Assembly: GCA_017513325.1 (NCBI GenBank)
Contig: JAFXGC010000147.1
Span: 1-48,278 of the forward strand
Reading direction: 5' to 3'
DNA: 48,278 nt
Source of the DNA: Clostridia bacterium
Lineage (GTDB): Bacteria; Bacillota; Clostridia; Oscillospirales; CAG-272
The position numbers and the translations under genes are program-made. Of the stretch, positions 24,432-35,823 are shown in pieces. Numbering within the stretch: the first letter of the stretch is position 1; the number at the start of each line of letters is the position of its first letter. Under the pieces are notes generated by a model. It was not told where the DNA came from. It saw only the letters and a list, made by a program, of their open reading frames with translations, and ran no database searches.

Positions 24432-25355
24432 TTATTTCTTAACCACAACACCAGCGAACCAACCGTTTTCGCGGAGCTCATCGTGAAGTTTGAGGCCTGC
24501 GCGATCAAGAGCGTCTACTACCTCTTCTGCTCTTTCTGTGATGATGCCTGAAACAATAAGATAAGCATCGTCAGCAAGATATGCACCTACATCGGGAGCC
24601 ATTCTGATAATGACATCTGCTACGATATTTGCACAGCAGATATCATATCCGCCGTCCACTTTAGGCACTTGACGAAGAAGATCAGACACTTCCGCGTGAA
24701 CATTGGGAGTTTCGTTGATCTCAGCGTTTTCGTTTGCTATGCGAACAGATACAGGATCTATATCGCAAGCAAAGCAATCGCCTGCGCCAAGCTTTGCAGC
24801 GCAGATAGCAAGAATACCGCTGCCGCAGCCAACGTCAAGCATCTTATCACCGGGAGTGATATACTTTTCAAGAAGAGCCGCACAGAGACGGGTTGTTTCG
24901 TGAGTTCCCGTGCCAAATGCCATACCGGGATCCATAAGCACAACAAGCTCTTCCTCGCTCTTTTCGTACTTTTCCCAAACGGGAACGATAACTATTCTGT
25001 TGCCTGTTTTAATGGGCTTATAATACTGCTTCCAAGAGTCTGCCCAGTCCTCCTCGTTTACTCCTACACATTCAACTGTTGCAGGAACACCGAGATCAGC
25101 AAAACGCTGACGGATAAACCCTTCAGACTCCGCAGGGCTCTTCTCTGCTGCTATGAACACAGAAACAGATGCAACTGTTCTGTCACGGGCAAGAAGCTCT
25201 TCATCTATAAGGTCTCCGTAAACTCCGTCAAGATCTCTCTCAACATCGGAATAGTCTTCAATCATAAGAGAGTTGTCAACCATTCCCATTACTGCGCAAA
25301 GGTCATTTAAATATTTGTTTTCGGCAGTCGCCTTTATCTGAATCCAGCTATCCAT
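24432..25355 (-). CDS. prmA: Ribosomal protein L11 methyltransferase
   Basis: 307 aa. SAM-binding motif LDVGCGSGILAI, motif GTGTHETT, and the usual position downstream of dnaJ in Firmicutes. Confidence 0.9.
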   Translation of the reverse strand: MDSWIQIKATAENKYLNDLCAVMGMVDNSLMIEDYSDVERDLDGVYGDLIDEELLARDRTVASVSVFIAAEKSPAESEGFIRQRFADLGVPATVECVGVNEEDWADSWKQYYKPIKTGNRIVIVPVWEKYEKSEEELVVLMDPGMAFGTGTHETTRLCAALLEKYITPGDKMLDVGCGSGILAICAAKLGAGDCFACDIDPVSVRIANENAEINETPNVHAEVSDLLRQVPKVDGGYDICCANIVADVIIRMAPDVGAYLADDAYLIVSGIITERAEEVVDALDRAGLKLHDELRENGWFAGVVVKK

Positions 25356-25360
25356 CGTTT

Positions 25361-26500
25361 TTAATCCTTTTTGAAGAATTTTCTCATAAAGCTATCTTTT
25401 TTCGCGTGGTTATTTCTTCCGCAGGCTTCATCAAACTGACGGAGAATATCCTTTTGCTTATTATTGAGTCCCTTGGGGACCTCAACATTTATGTTAATGT
25501 ACATATTACCCTTACTCTTGGAATTCACAACCTGAATACCTTTTCCTCTGAGTGTGAAGGTTGTACCTGTCTGAGTGCCTTCGGGAATTTCAAGCTCCTC
25601 ATCACCATATAGTGTAGGAATCTTTATTTTTGCGCCGAGAGTTGCATCTACGAATGTTACGGGAACATCACAATAAACGTCATATCCGTCACGTTCATAG
25701 AATGCGTGAGGACGAACGTTTACAGAAATGATAAGATCACCACTCGGACCGCCGTTTCTGCCTTCGCTACCCTCTCCTCTGAGAGAAATTCTCTGTCCGT
25801 CATCAATACCTGCGGGGATATTTACGGAAAGCTTCTTTGTTGCTCTTACAAATCCGCCGCCACGGCAATTCTTACAAGGAGTTTCTATAAACTTACCTGT
25901 TCCGCGGCACTTATCGCAAGTTCTGCTTGACTGCATCATGCCAAAGGGAGTTCTCTGGTTTACGTTTACCTGACCGCGACCGCCGCAATCGGGACAAGTT
26001 TTTGCGCTTGTGCCCTTAGCCGCACCGCTACCTGAACAATCAGGACACTTCTGAACTCTCTGATAGGAAATATCTTTCTTAACTCCAAATACCGCTTCTT
26101 CAAATGTAAGATTCACACGAATGCCTACATCGTCACCTCTTACAGGGCCGTTGCGTGTTCTTGCGCCGCCAGCGCCACCGCCGAAAAAGCTTGAAAATAT
26201 ATCTGAAATATCAAATCCGTCAAAACCGCCGCCGAATCCTCCGAATCCACCACCGTAGCCGCCTGCCGAAGGATCAAACACTGCATGACCATACTGGTCA
26301 TATTTTGCTTTCTTATCAGCATCAGAAAGAATGTCGTATGCTTCATTTACATCTTTGAAATTAGCCTCAGCTTCTTTATCTCCGGGGTTCATATCGGGAT
26401 GATATTTCTTAGCAAGTTTTCTGTATGCCTTTTTTATCTCATCATCGGATGCTGATTTATCAAGTCCCAGCACCTCATAATAGTCTCTTTTATCTGCCAT
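25361..26500 (-). CDS. dnaJ: Molecular chaperone DnaJ
   Basis: J domain DYYEVLGL...[14 protein letters not shown], a G/F-rich region, and four CxxCxGxG zinc-finger repeats. Confidence 0.97.
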   Translation of the reverse strand: MADKRDYYEVLGLDKSASDDEIKKAYRKLAKKYHPDMNPGDKEAEANFKDVNEAYDILSDADKKAKYDQYGHAVFDPSAGGYGGGFGGFGGGFDGFDISDIFSSFFGGGAGGARTRNGPVRGDDVGIRVNLTFEEAVFGVKKDISYQRVQKCPDCSGSGAAKGTSAKTCPDCGGRGQVNVNQRTPFGMMQSSRTCDKCRGTGKFIETPCKNCRGGGFVRATKKLSVNIPAGIDDGQRISLRGEGSEGRNGGPSGDLIISVNVRPHAFYERDGYDVYCDVPVTFVDATLGAKIKIPTLYGDEELEIPEGTQTGTTFTLRGKGIQVVNSKSKGNMYININVEVPKGLNNKQKDILRQFDEACGRNNHAKKDSFMRKFFKKD

Positions 26501-26542
26501 AACTACTCCGGTTTATTATTTTATCCGAAAAAACGCAGTTTA

Positions 26543-26572
26543 GGACTGCCCATCTTTTTTGATGAGCAGTCC
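26543..26572 (-). terminator. Internal hairpin (partial terminator/processing site) between dnaK and dnaJ
   Basis: Stem ggactgc...gcagtcc with extra inner pairs. On the minus strand it is followed by taaactgcgtttttt. Confidence 0.45.
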
Positions 26573-26586
26573 GTTTCTGCTACTGA

Positions 26587-29054
<2,468 letters not shown>

Positions 29055-29069
29055 CTCTGCCTCCGTTTC

Positions 29070-30149
29070 TTATTCTCTGTTATCAGACTCGCTGAGAATG
29101 TCACTGACGCTTTCAGCTATACCATCAATCATAGTAATGACTTTTTTGTAGTTCATTCTTGTAGGTCCGATTATTCCAAGGGCTCCTACTGTTTTATCCC
29201 CCTGCTTCACAGGCTTGAAAACAAGTGAGGATCTATCCATTATAATAACAGGATTTTCGCTGCCTATATACACCTGAACACCATTTTCAGTTTCACCCGA
29301 GGGCATCATAGGAGCGGTTTCTCCCGAAATGAGACCTACAAGCTCATCCTTTCTCTCAAACATAGCAAGCATATCGCGGAGTTTTCCGATATCGTAAAAC
29401 TCGGGATACGCAAGAAGCTTGTTCATTCCCTCCACCTTCAGTTCTCCGCCTGACGCTGTGCTTATCGTTTGACAGATACATTTGACAACGGGAGATACCA
29501 GAAATGCATACTCTCCCATAACACTTTCCATTTCCATCATAATGGGGAGAGATATCTGATCCCCTGTTATGCCTGTCAATCTCATATTGAGAAGAGCTGC
29601 AAGTTTTCTTACTGCTTCGTCGGTTACCGGAGCCTCGCAAACAAGATTCTGTGTTCTCACTGCACCGCCCGCTGTTACCATTACAAGCACAAGCTGTCTT
29701 GCATCGATCTGAATAAGCTCATATTTTTTTACAGTCATCGAAGAAATTCTAGGACGCACTGCAAGAGCTGTATAATTTGTCATCTTCGCCGCAAGGCGCA
29801 TAGCGCTGTCAAGAATACTATCAAGCTGTGCCTGCTTTACTCTGAGTGCTTCACGCAGGTTTTCAACCTCGCTTGAGGTGACCCTGTAACGTTCAACAAG
29901 GGAGTCTACATAAAAACGGTATCCCGCTTCGCTGGGAATTCTTCCTGCCGAAGTGTGAGGCTGTTCAAGAAAACCCATTGCTTCAAGTTCAGCCATTTCA
30001 TTTCTGATAGTGGCAGAAGAACAAGTGACTATGCCGCTTTGTGTAAGAAACTTGCTTCCAACAGGCTCACCGTTTTCTACATGAGCATCAACGATAGCTC
30101 TCAGGATCAGTTTTTTTCTTTCACTGAGACTTCCGTCCATCAACTTCAT
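29070..30149 (-). CDS. hrcA: Heat-inducible transcription repressor HrcA
   Basis: LSERKKLILRAIVDAHVENGEPVGSKFL winged-helix N-terminus. First gene of the hrcA-grpE-dnaK-dnaJ operon. A CIRCE element lies upstream. Confidence 0.95.
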   Translation of the reverse strand: MKLMDGSLSERKKLILRAIVDAHVENGEPVGSKFLTQSGIVTCSSATIRNEMAELEAMGFLEQPHTSAGRIPSEAGYRFYVDSLVERYRVTSSEVENLREALRVKQAQLDSILDSAMRLAAKMTNYTALAVRPRISSMTVKKYELIQIDARQLVLVMVTAGGAVRTQNLVCEAPVTDEAVRKLAALLNMRLTGITGDQISLPIMMEMESVMGEYAFLVSPVVKCICQTISTASGGELKVEGMNKLLAYPEFYDIGKLRDMLAMFERKDELVGLISGETAPMMPSGETENGVQVYIGSENPVIIMDRSSLVFKPVKQGDKTVGALGIIGPTRMNYKKVITMIDGIAESVSDILSESDNRE

Positions 30150-30175
30150 GTTTCAGACCATTCCTTTCAGATTTT

Positions 30176-30202
30176 TTAGCACTTAAACTTGTTGAGTGCT
30201 AA
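30176..30202. promoter_or_regulatory. CIRCE operator (HrcA binding site)
   Basis: TTAGCACTT-N9-GAGTGCTAA against the consensus TTAGCACTC-N9-GAGTGCTAA, about 27 nt upstream of the hrcA start. Confidence 0.9.
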
Positions 30203-30213
30203 ATTATGTTATA

Positions 30214-30242
30214 AATTTACCACCGAAGGACCCAAAAGTCAA
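30214..30242 (-). promoter_or_regulatory. Promoter of the hrcA operon
   Basis: Minus strand: TTGACT - 17 nt - TAAATT, immediately upstream of CIRCE. Confidence 0.55.
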
Positions 30243-30361
30243 GAATAATATTAATATTTTATGTGAACTTTTTATTAATTCCAAGGGCGAGTGCCAAAAA
30301 AATCAGTTTTTTCACCTTTTTGCGCTGTTTTTCTGTATAAATTGCATATATAACAAAACTA

Positions 30362-30390
30362 TTGAAAAACAATTGCCTTCGTGATATAAT
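30362..30390 (+). promoter_or_regulatory. Promoter of the riboswitch-controlled operon
   Basis: TTGAAA - 17 nt - TATAAT with a TGa extended -10. Confidence 0.6.
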
Positions 30391-30399
30391 ATTCAGGTA

Positions 30400-30651
30400 C
30401 AAAAAGAATAACACAGTTCGGGGGAGATTTCTCCCCAATCGGTCGCTTTGAGTGCAGGCGATCGGGGATAAGGAAACTGCGGTGAAAATCCGCGACAACA
30501 GCCATTACCGTTAAAGCCGGAATGCTTATCGTTCTGTGAACTGCATCAACTCCTTGGGCAAATGAAGGAAATGGCGGAATCGGCTTAACAGCCAAAACGG
30601 GATCAACTTATGCTCCCGCTGTTTTCGCTTTCCTTTTGGAAGGCGTTTTTT
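30400..30651 (+). promoter_or_regulatory. Cobalamin (B12) riboswitch with a terminator expression platform
   Basis: Conserved core elements are present: aaggaaactgcGGTGAAAATCCgcg, acagccattaccgttaa, and the B12-box-like aagccggaatgc. Several supporting helices are visible (ggggaga/tctcccc, cggtcgc/gcgatcg). It ends in the terminator hairpin cgctttcc-tttt-ggaaggcg + tttttt (30626-30651). The downstream DUF4430 gene is a typical B12-regulon member. Confidence 0.7.
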
Positions 30652-30701
30652 GCTTTATGCTTTTCGTGCAAATCATTTTATACGAAAAGAGGTTTTTAGA
30701 A

Positions 30702-31172
30702 ATGAAAACAAAACTCCTTGCGCTGCTTTTGTGCGCGCTGATGGTCTTCAGCCTTTGCGCTTGCAATGCAAACACTGAAGCTCCGAAAGACACAGATCCC
30801 TCTGAGTCAAAAACAGAAAACACTACCGAAGACTTAGGTCTATGGGCCGACGCCACTTACACTGAAGACAAGGATTTCGGCGAAGGCGCAAAAACAATCA
30901 AAGTTGAAATTATCGCAGAAGATAAGTCTGTTACCTTCACAATTAAAACAGATGCTGAAACTCTTGGAGACGCACTGCTTGCACATTCTTTGGTTGAAGG
31001 TGAAGAAGGTCAGTTTGGTCTTTACATCAAAAAAGCAAATGGTATTCTTGCTGACTACGACGTTGACCAGACATATTGGGGACTTACCAAAGACGGCGAA
31101 TATCTTATGACAGGCGCTGACTCAACTAATATTGCCGACGGCGAGCATTATGAACTCACCCGCACAAAGTAA
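30702..31172 (+). CDS. DUF4430 domain lipoprotein (transcobalamin-beta-like putative corrinoid-binding surface protein)
   Basis: Start at MKTKLLALLLCALMVFSLCAC (signal peptide + lipobox). The longer ORF from 30636 would run across the riboswitch terminator. The C-terminal part ...QTYWGLTKDGEYLMTGADSTNIADGEHYEL fits the DUF4430 pattern. Confidence 0.7.
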   Translation: MKTKLLALLLCALMVFSLCACNANTEAPKDTDPSESKTENTTEDLGLWADATYTEDKDFGEGAKTIKVEIIAEDKSVTFTIKTDAETLGDALLAHSLVEGEEGQFGLYIKKANGILADYDVDQTYWGLTKDGEYLMTGADSTNIADGEHYELTRTK

Positions 31173-31698
31173 ACAAAGATACAAAGGACGTCTTTCCGCA
31201 CTCGAGCTTTGCATTTTTGCAATGCTGGGAACTTTGATGTTCTGCTCAAAAATCATTATGGAAGCAGCTCCCAACATTCATATGCTGGGGATGCTTACAA
31301 TGGTTTTTACTATTGTTTACCGAAAGAAAGCTCTCATACCTATATATATATACGTTTTTTTGAACGGGTTGTACGCAGGATTCAACACATGGTGGATCCC
31401 ATACCTTTATATATGGACAGTTCTTTGGGGCATCACCATGCTGTTGCCAAAGAATATGCCTGTTGCAGTTGCTTCTGTGGTTTATCCTGCAGTATGTTGT
31501 TTTCATGGCATAATCTTCGGTACGCTTTATGCACCAATTCAGGCACTGCTCTATAACTTCAATTTAGAGCAAACTATCACCTGGATAATCTCAGGCCTAT
31601 CTTTTGACGTTATACACGCTGTGAGCAATTTCTGTATGGGGCTTTTCATCCTACCCTTTTCCAAACTGCTGAAAAAGCTGAGCAAAAAGATACTATAA
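31150..31698 (+). CDS. Small polytopic membrane protein, ECF-type S-component-like (candidate corrinoid transporter subunit)
   Basis: About 180 aa with 5-6 hydrophobic segments. It overlaps the end of the DUF4430 gene and sits in the same riboswitch-controlled unit. The start is uncertain (ATG 31150, or TTG 31132). Confidence 0.55.
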   Translation: MNSPAQSKQRYKGRLSALELCIFAMLGTLMFCSKIIMEAAPNIHMLGMLTMVFTIVYRKKALIPIYIYVFLNGLYAGFNTWWIPYLYIWTVLWGITMLLPKNMPVAVASVVYPAVCCFHGIIFGTLYAPIQALLYNFNLEQTITWIISGLSFDVIHAVSNFCMGLFILPFSKLLKKLSKKIL

Positions 31699-31703
31699 TA
31701 AAT

Positions 31704-31741
31704 AAAAATCTTGCATCGAAATTCCAATGCAAGATTTTTTA
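31704..31741. terminator. Terminator after the B12-regulated operon (bidirectional shape)
   Basis: atcttgcat-cgaaattcca-atgcaagat, flanked by A- and T-runs. Confidence 0.8.
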
Positions 31742-31830
31742 TTTAAGACTGTTCAGATTGGCACTTTTTTAAGATCCGGTAAACCTTCATCCTCTTGCAA
31801 GCAGATCTTTCTCATCAAAGCGAAGGCTAA

Positions 31831-32562
31831 TTATCCCTCAAATACTTCTTTTGTGTTTTCAAAACTGATATAATCACACGGATTCACATATTCCTCGTTA
31901 ATCTTCATTTCAAAATGAACGTGAGGCTCCTCCGAAATTTCTATCAACGCACTTTCTCCGCCAACTGCTATAAATTCTCCCTCAGTAACCCGGGTACCCA
32001 CAGTAATACCTTCGGGGATTTCCGGAGACAGATTCTTATAGATCGTTTCTGCATTTCCTGAATGAGAAATACTCATACAAGTACCCATCATTGGATCTTC
32101 CCAGATTTCCTTCACTGTACCGGCCGCGGCTGCAAGAACTCTTTCACCCTTCTGTACATATATGTCTATGCCGTTATGTGTTCTGTAATCTTCCATTGTT
32201 ACAGAGAAAACAGGAACTTCAACACTGTATTCTTTCAAAAGAGATCCATTGGTTGGATTGATAAACTCAGGAAGAGGTTCAGCTTCAGTCTTTTCAGTCT
32301 CCTCACCCGCTTGTGTCGTTTCATCTGTATTTGTTTCTTCATTTTTTGACGGTTTGAACACATCCTCAGACTCAGGCTCTGTTTCTTTATTCTTCACTGC
32401 ATCTTCAATTGCTGTTGTATCTGTATTTTTACCCAAAACCTCTTCCGCTGTTTGTCTGGAACGGCTCATTGCTCCTGCAACTGCAGCTATAATCGCAACT
32501 GCCATAAGGATAACCACAAGGGCAACATACAAATTTCCTGTTCGCTTTACATTGTTATTCAT
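31831..32562 (-). CDS. Membrane-anchored M23 (LytM-domain) peptidase, possibly SpoIIQ-like
   Basis: N-terminal TM segment LYVALVVILMAVAIIAAVAGA, an acidic linker, and a LytM domain with HNGIDI and HVHFEM metal-binding motifs. The start was moved to the second ATG (32562) by RBS spacing. Confidence 0.8.
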   Translation of the reverse strand: MNNNVKRTGNLYVALVVILMAVAIIAAVAGAMSRSRQTAEEVLGKNTDTTAIEDAVKNKETEPESEDVFKPSKNEETNTDETTQAGEETEKTEAEPLPEFINPTNGSLLKEYSVEVPVFSVTMEDYRTHNGIDIYVQKGERVLAAAAGTVKEIWEDPMMGTCMSISHSGNAETIYKNLSPEIPEGITVGTRVTEGEFIAVGGESALIEISEEPHVHFEMKINEEYVNPCDYISFENTKEVFEG

Positions 32563-32630
32563 TTGACACTTTCCTTTCAAAGTTTAGCTTTCTGTTATAT
32601 TTTTGCCGAGCTTGACAGAAATATTCATCG

Positions 32631-32659
32631 TTGACAATATAATATGAAAATGTTAAAAT
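32631..32659 (+). promoter_or_regulatory. Promoter of the ThyX-like gene
   Basis: TTGACA - 17 nt - TAAAAT with a TGt extended -10. RBS AAAAGAGG. Confidence 0.55.
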
Positions 32660-32687
32660 GAATAAAATGATATAAAAGAGGTTCGCT

Positions 32688-33308
32688 ATGATCAAATTAG
32701 ATAAAACTTCCGTTATGAACGTAGACAACGCTATTCGCGGTGCAAGAAATCCCCTAAACAGTTGGGACAAAAGCGACAGCTATTATGACGAGGACAATAA
32801 CTTTGTTCTTGGCGAAGCTGATATGGGGCTTGGTCACAGACTTGCTATAGCAGGAAACGACCACAGAAAATTTCTTCGTATGGTTTTTGTTTCTGTTGAC
32901 ATCACAGCTCCTCTCTATTGGTGGAAAGAATATGACACTTATAAGGTTGGCACAGTTGCAAACTCCACAAGCACTATGCATAAGATCCACTCAAAGCCTT
33001 TCTCTCGCGAAGATTTCTCCTGCGACAGAATGAGTGAGAAAGCCCTTGCTTGCCTTGACAATGTTATAAACGTTCTCGAGGAAACACGACTTGAGTTTGT
33101 TGAAACAAAGGAAAGAGCTCACTGGGATGATCTTATTCAGCTTCTCCCCTCCTCATATAACCAGACACGCACCTGCACTATGAACTATGAAAACCTCATA
33201 AATATGTATTATGCAAGAAGAAATCACAAGTTACCTGAATGGCACGTATTTTGTGATTGGATCGAATCCCTTCCCTATGCAAAGGAATGGATTCTTGTTA
33301 AGGAATAA
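32688..33308 (+). CDS. ThyX (Thy1)-fold protein lacking the canonical RHR...S..RY signature; function unknown
   Basis: 206 aa. By-eye collinearity with flavin-dependent thymidylate synthase ThyX: GNDHRKFLRMVFVSVDITAPLYWWKE vs GHxSPxEHxxFTFxIxxxSR..xxQ, and LLPSSYNQTRTCTMNYENLINMYYARRNHKLPEW vs the LP..T....T.N.R.L..F..LR....AQxE region. The RHRxxS block is replaced by YDTYKVGTVANSTSTMH. Confidence 0.55.
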   Translation: MIKLDKTSVMNVDNAIRGARNPLNSWDKSDSYYDEDNNFVLGEADMGLGHRLAIAGNDHRKFLRMVFVSVDITAPLYWWKEYDTYKVGTVANSTSTMHKIHSKPFSREDFSCDRMSEKALACLDNVINVLEETRLEFVETKERAHWDDLIQLLPSSYNQTRTCTMNYENLINMYYARRNHKLPEWHVFCDWIESLPYAKEWILVKE

Positions 33309-33313
33309 ATCAC

Positions 33314-33346
33314 AAAAGCCTTTGGAATTACCCAAAGGCTTTTTTA
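33314..33346 (+). terminator. Terminator of the ThyX-like gene
   Basis: gcctttgg-aattac-ccaaaggc + tttttt. Confidence 0.8.
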
Positions 33347-33383
33347 TCAAGCAATTGTCGTGTGATTTTAAGTTTACCGCAAC

Positions 33384-33411
33384 AAAAAACCGCCTCATTT
33401 GAGGCGGTTTT
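33384..33411 (-). terminator. Terminator of ftsZ
   Basis: ccgcctc-attt-gaggcgg. A T-run follows on the minus strand. Confidence 0.8.
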
Positions 33412-33425
33412 AATATGTTCTTTAA

Positions 33426-34568
33426 TTAGAAGTAGCGCTTGAAGCCGGGAGCAGGAGTTTCTTCCTTCTTATCCTTCTTCTGAAGCATACCAAGAAGCTC
33501 ATCAAGCTCGTCGTCTGTGATATCATCAGACTCGATCTGAGGCTTTTCTTCAACTACGGGAGCAGACTTTCTTGCAATAGGAGTGGATGCGATAGGAGCA
33601 ACCTTCTCGTGATTGTTTTCAAAGCCTGTTGCAATGATTGTTACCTTCATTGCATCTTCCATTTCGGGATCGAATGCTACACCCCAGATAACTGTTGCAT
33701 CTTCGTGAGCTTCGTTTGCAATCATTGTACAAGCGATGTCGATCTCATCCATGCTGATATCAGGAGAAGCTGTGATGTTACCAAGGATACCCTTAGCGCC
33801 GGAGATGGATGTTTCAAGAAGGGGGCTGGAGATTGCCGCCTTTGCAGCGCATTCTGCCTTTTCCTTACCTGTTGCATAACCAACGCCCATGTGAGCATAA
33901 CCTGCATCCTGCATAACGCTTGTTACGTCAGCAAAGTCGAGGTTGATATATCCGGGAACGTTGATAAGTTCAGAAATACTCTGAACGCCGTGGCTAAGCA
34001 CGTCGTCTGCGATTTCGAACGCGTTGATCATTGTGATAGGCTTATCAGAAACCTGCTTGAGACGCTCATTGGGGATAATAACGAGAGAGTCTACGTACTG
34101 ACTGAGAGCAGCGATACCTGCTTCTGCCTGAGTGAGACGCTTCTTACCTTCAAATGCGAAGGGCTTTGTTACGATACCGATTGTGAGCATACCCATTTCT
34201 TTTGCAACCTTTGCTACTACGGGAGCTGCACCTGTACCTGTGCCACCACCCATACCGGTTGTGATAAATACCATATCAGCGCCTGTGAGAGACTCCTTGA
34301 TCTCTTCGATGCTTTCCTCTGCAGACTTTTCACCAACTGCAGGGTTGCTGCCTGCGCCGTGACCCTTAGTGATCTTTTCACCAATGGAAATCTTGTTTGT
34401 TGCTGCAGAATGAATGAGTGCCTGTCTGTCTGTGTTAATAGCGATGAAATCTACACCGCGAACATTGCTGGAAATCATACGGTTTACAGCATTGTTTCCG
34501 CCGCCGCCTACACCGATTACTTTTATGTTGACGCCGCTTTCAAAGTTATCATCAAGTTCAAAAGCCAT
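33426..34568 (-). CDS. ftsZ: Cell division protein FtsZ
   Basis: [17 protein letters not shown], the [11 protein letters not shown] tubulin signature, and a C-terminal linker and tail. Confidence 0.98.
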   Translation of the reverse strand: MAFELDDNFESGVNIKVIGVGGGGNNAVNRMISSNVRGVDFIAINTDRQALIHSAATNKISIGEKITKGHGAGSNPAVGEKSAEESIEEIKESLTGADMVFITTGMGGGTGTGAAPVVAKVAKEMGMLTIGIVTKPFAFEGKKRLTQAEAGIAALSQYVDSLVIIPNERLKQVSDKPITMINAFEIADDVLSHGVQSISELINVPGYINLDFADVTSVMQDAGYAHMGVGYATGKEKAECAAKAAISSPLLETSISGAKGILGNITASPDISMDEIDIACTMIANEAHEDATVIWGVAFDPEMEDAMKVTIIATGFENNHEKVAPIASTPIARKSAPVVEEKPQIESDDITDDELDELLGMLQKKDKKEETPAPGFKRYF

Positions 34569-34750
34569 TTTAAAATTCCTCCGTCATGTTATGTTTCGCG
34601 GGTTTTCACCGCATTTCATACAAATACATACTAATAATATACTGTTTTTTTCAATTTTGCAATATGTTTTGAAAAAGTTTTTTAAAAAATTTTATATTTT
34701 TGCAAAAAATCATATTTTTTCGGGTTTTTGAGCACTTTTTTGTTAAATTT

Positions 34751-34786
34751 TACACCCGCCTAAATATATATCTTTAGGCGGGTGTA
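34751..34786 (-). terminator. Hairpin/terminator after ftsQ
   Basis: tacacccgcctaaa / tttaggcgggtgta with an 8-nt loop. The T tract on the minus strand is weak. Confidence 0.5.
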
Positions 34787-34804
34787 TAGTCTTTTTGCGA
34801 TATG

Positions 34805-35800
34805 TCAGTCCACTTCAAGCTGATTGTCAATAACAACTCCCGTGCTTGAAAGCTCAGAGAGATCTATCGTTGCTTTATTATCATTATTGAACAGCTCATC
34901 CTCAAGAACTTTTGACGCTATTTTCAACTTAGCTGCACTGTCCTTATATTCCTTAAACTTTAGAATATATTTTCCATCGCAGGTTACTGATACATCGTTC
35001 TGATTTCTGAGGTCTACTGTGCCCAATCTGTTTACAAGTGCAGATTCTGCAGCAGCCAACGCAACCTCGTAAACATATTTACACTCACCGTCTTTAAAAA
35101 CTACTGTTTCTCCAGCAACGGCACGACTGACTTCGGGCATCTTGATCTTTATAAGATCAGATGCTTCAGCCTCGCTTATGCCTCCCAGCACTCGCAAGTC
35201 CTTAGTCATCGCTCTTATTTCACCGTAAAAATCAGCATAATAGTACGCTTCCTCTTCTTCTACGGTTACAACAATTTTGCCGGGCGGTGTTCTCTTGACT
35301 TTTATATCTTTAACATTTGGACAATACATTTTTATATCTTCTTCAGCTATTCTGGAACTGAACGAATACAGCCTGTCCCCTACGTTGATATTAGCTGAAG
35401 CAAGAATCTGCTCTGTTGTATAACGTTCGTTTCCCTCAACGCTTATACTTCTTACTACAAAGAAAATATTATATACACAAAATATAGCAAGGATTATCGT
35501 TGCAATGATCAAGCACGCAGATATTGTCATTTCCTTTTTTGAATATTTTCTGTTCTTTGATTCTGCTCTGGCCTGAGCTTCCGCTTCTTTTACCTGAGCT
35601 CGCTTTTCCTCATAGTTTTTCGGACGCTCTCTTTCGCTTTTTTCATCAAATGAGAAATCTTCCTCGATTTCCTCAGGCAATCCTGAAATGTTTTGTGAAG
35701 CAGTTTTTCTGGAATCATCAAGCTTTATACTTTCGCGACTCTCTTTATTTTCAAGGAGCCGCCGCATTTTTTCGGCATAATATTCGTTATTATCGTTCAT
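34805..35800 (-). CDS. ftsQ: Cell division protein FtsQ/DivIB (POTRA domain) with a long charged N-terminal extension
   Basis: Start at ATG 35800 (RBS AAAGGAG 8 nt upstream). TM segment ISACLIIATIILAIFCVYNIFFV, followed by a POTRA-like VRSISVEGNERYTTEQIL. Confidence 0.8.
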   Translation of the reverse strand: MNDNNEYYAEKMRRLLENKESRESIKLDDSRKTASQNISGLPEEIEEDFSFDEKSERERPKNYEEKRAQVKEAEAQARAESKNRKYSKKEMTISACLIIATIILAIFCVYNIFFVVRSISVEGNERYTTEQILASANINVGDRLYSFSSRIAEEDIKMYCPNVKDIKVKRTPPGKIVVTVEEEEAYYYADFYGEIRAMTKDLRVLGGISEAEASDLIKIKMPEVSRAVAGETVVFKDGECKYVYEVALAAAESALVNRLGTVDLRNQNDVSVTCDGKYILKFKEYKDSAAKLKIASKVLEDELFNNDNKATIDLSELSSTGVVIDNQLEVD

Positions 35801-35823
35801 TTGCAGCACTCCTTTCTTTTTGC

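Noticed and set aside
30636-30701. Upstream extension of the DUF4430 ORF (MEGVFCFMLFVQ...).
   Set aside because: It runs through the riboswitch terminator hairpin and T tract. The internal ATG at 30702 gives a canonical lipoprotein signal peptide.
33609-34634. 341-aa plus-strand ORF overlapping ftsZ.
   Set aside because: It is antisense to FtsZ, and the low-complexity Cys-rich translation indicates a shadow ORF.
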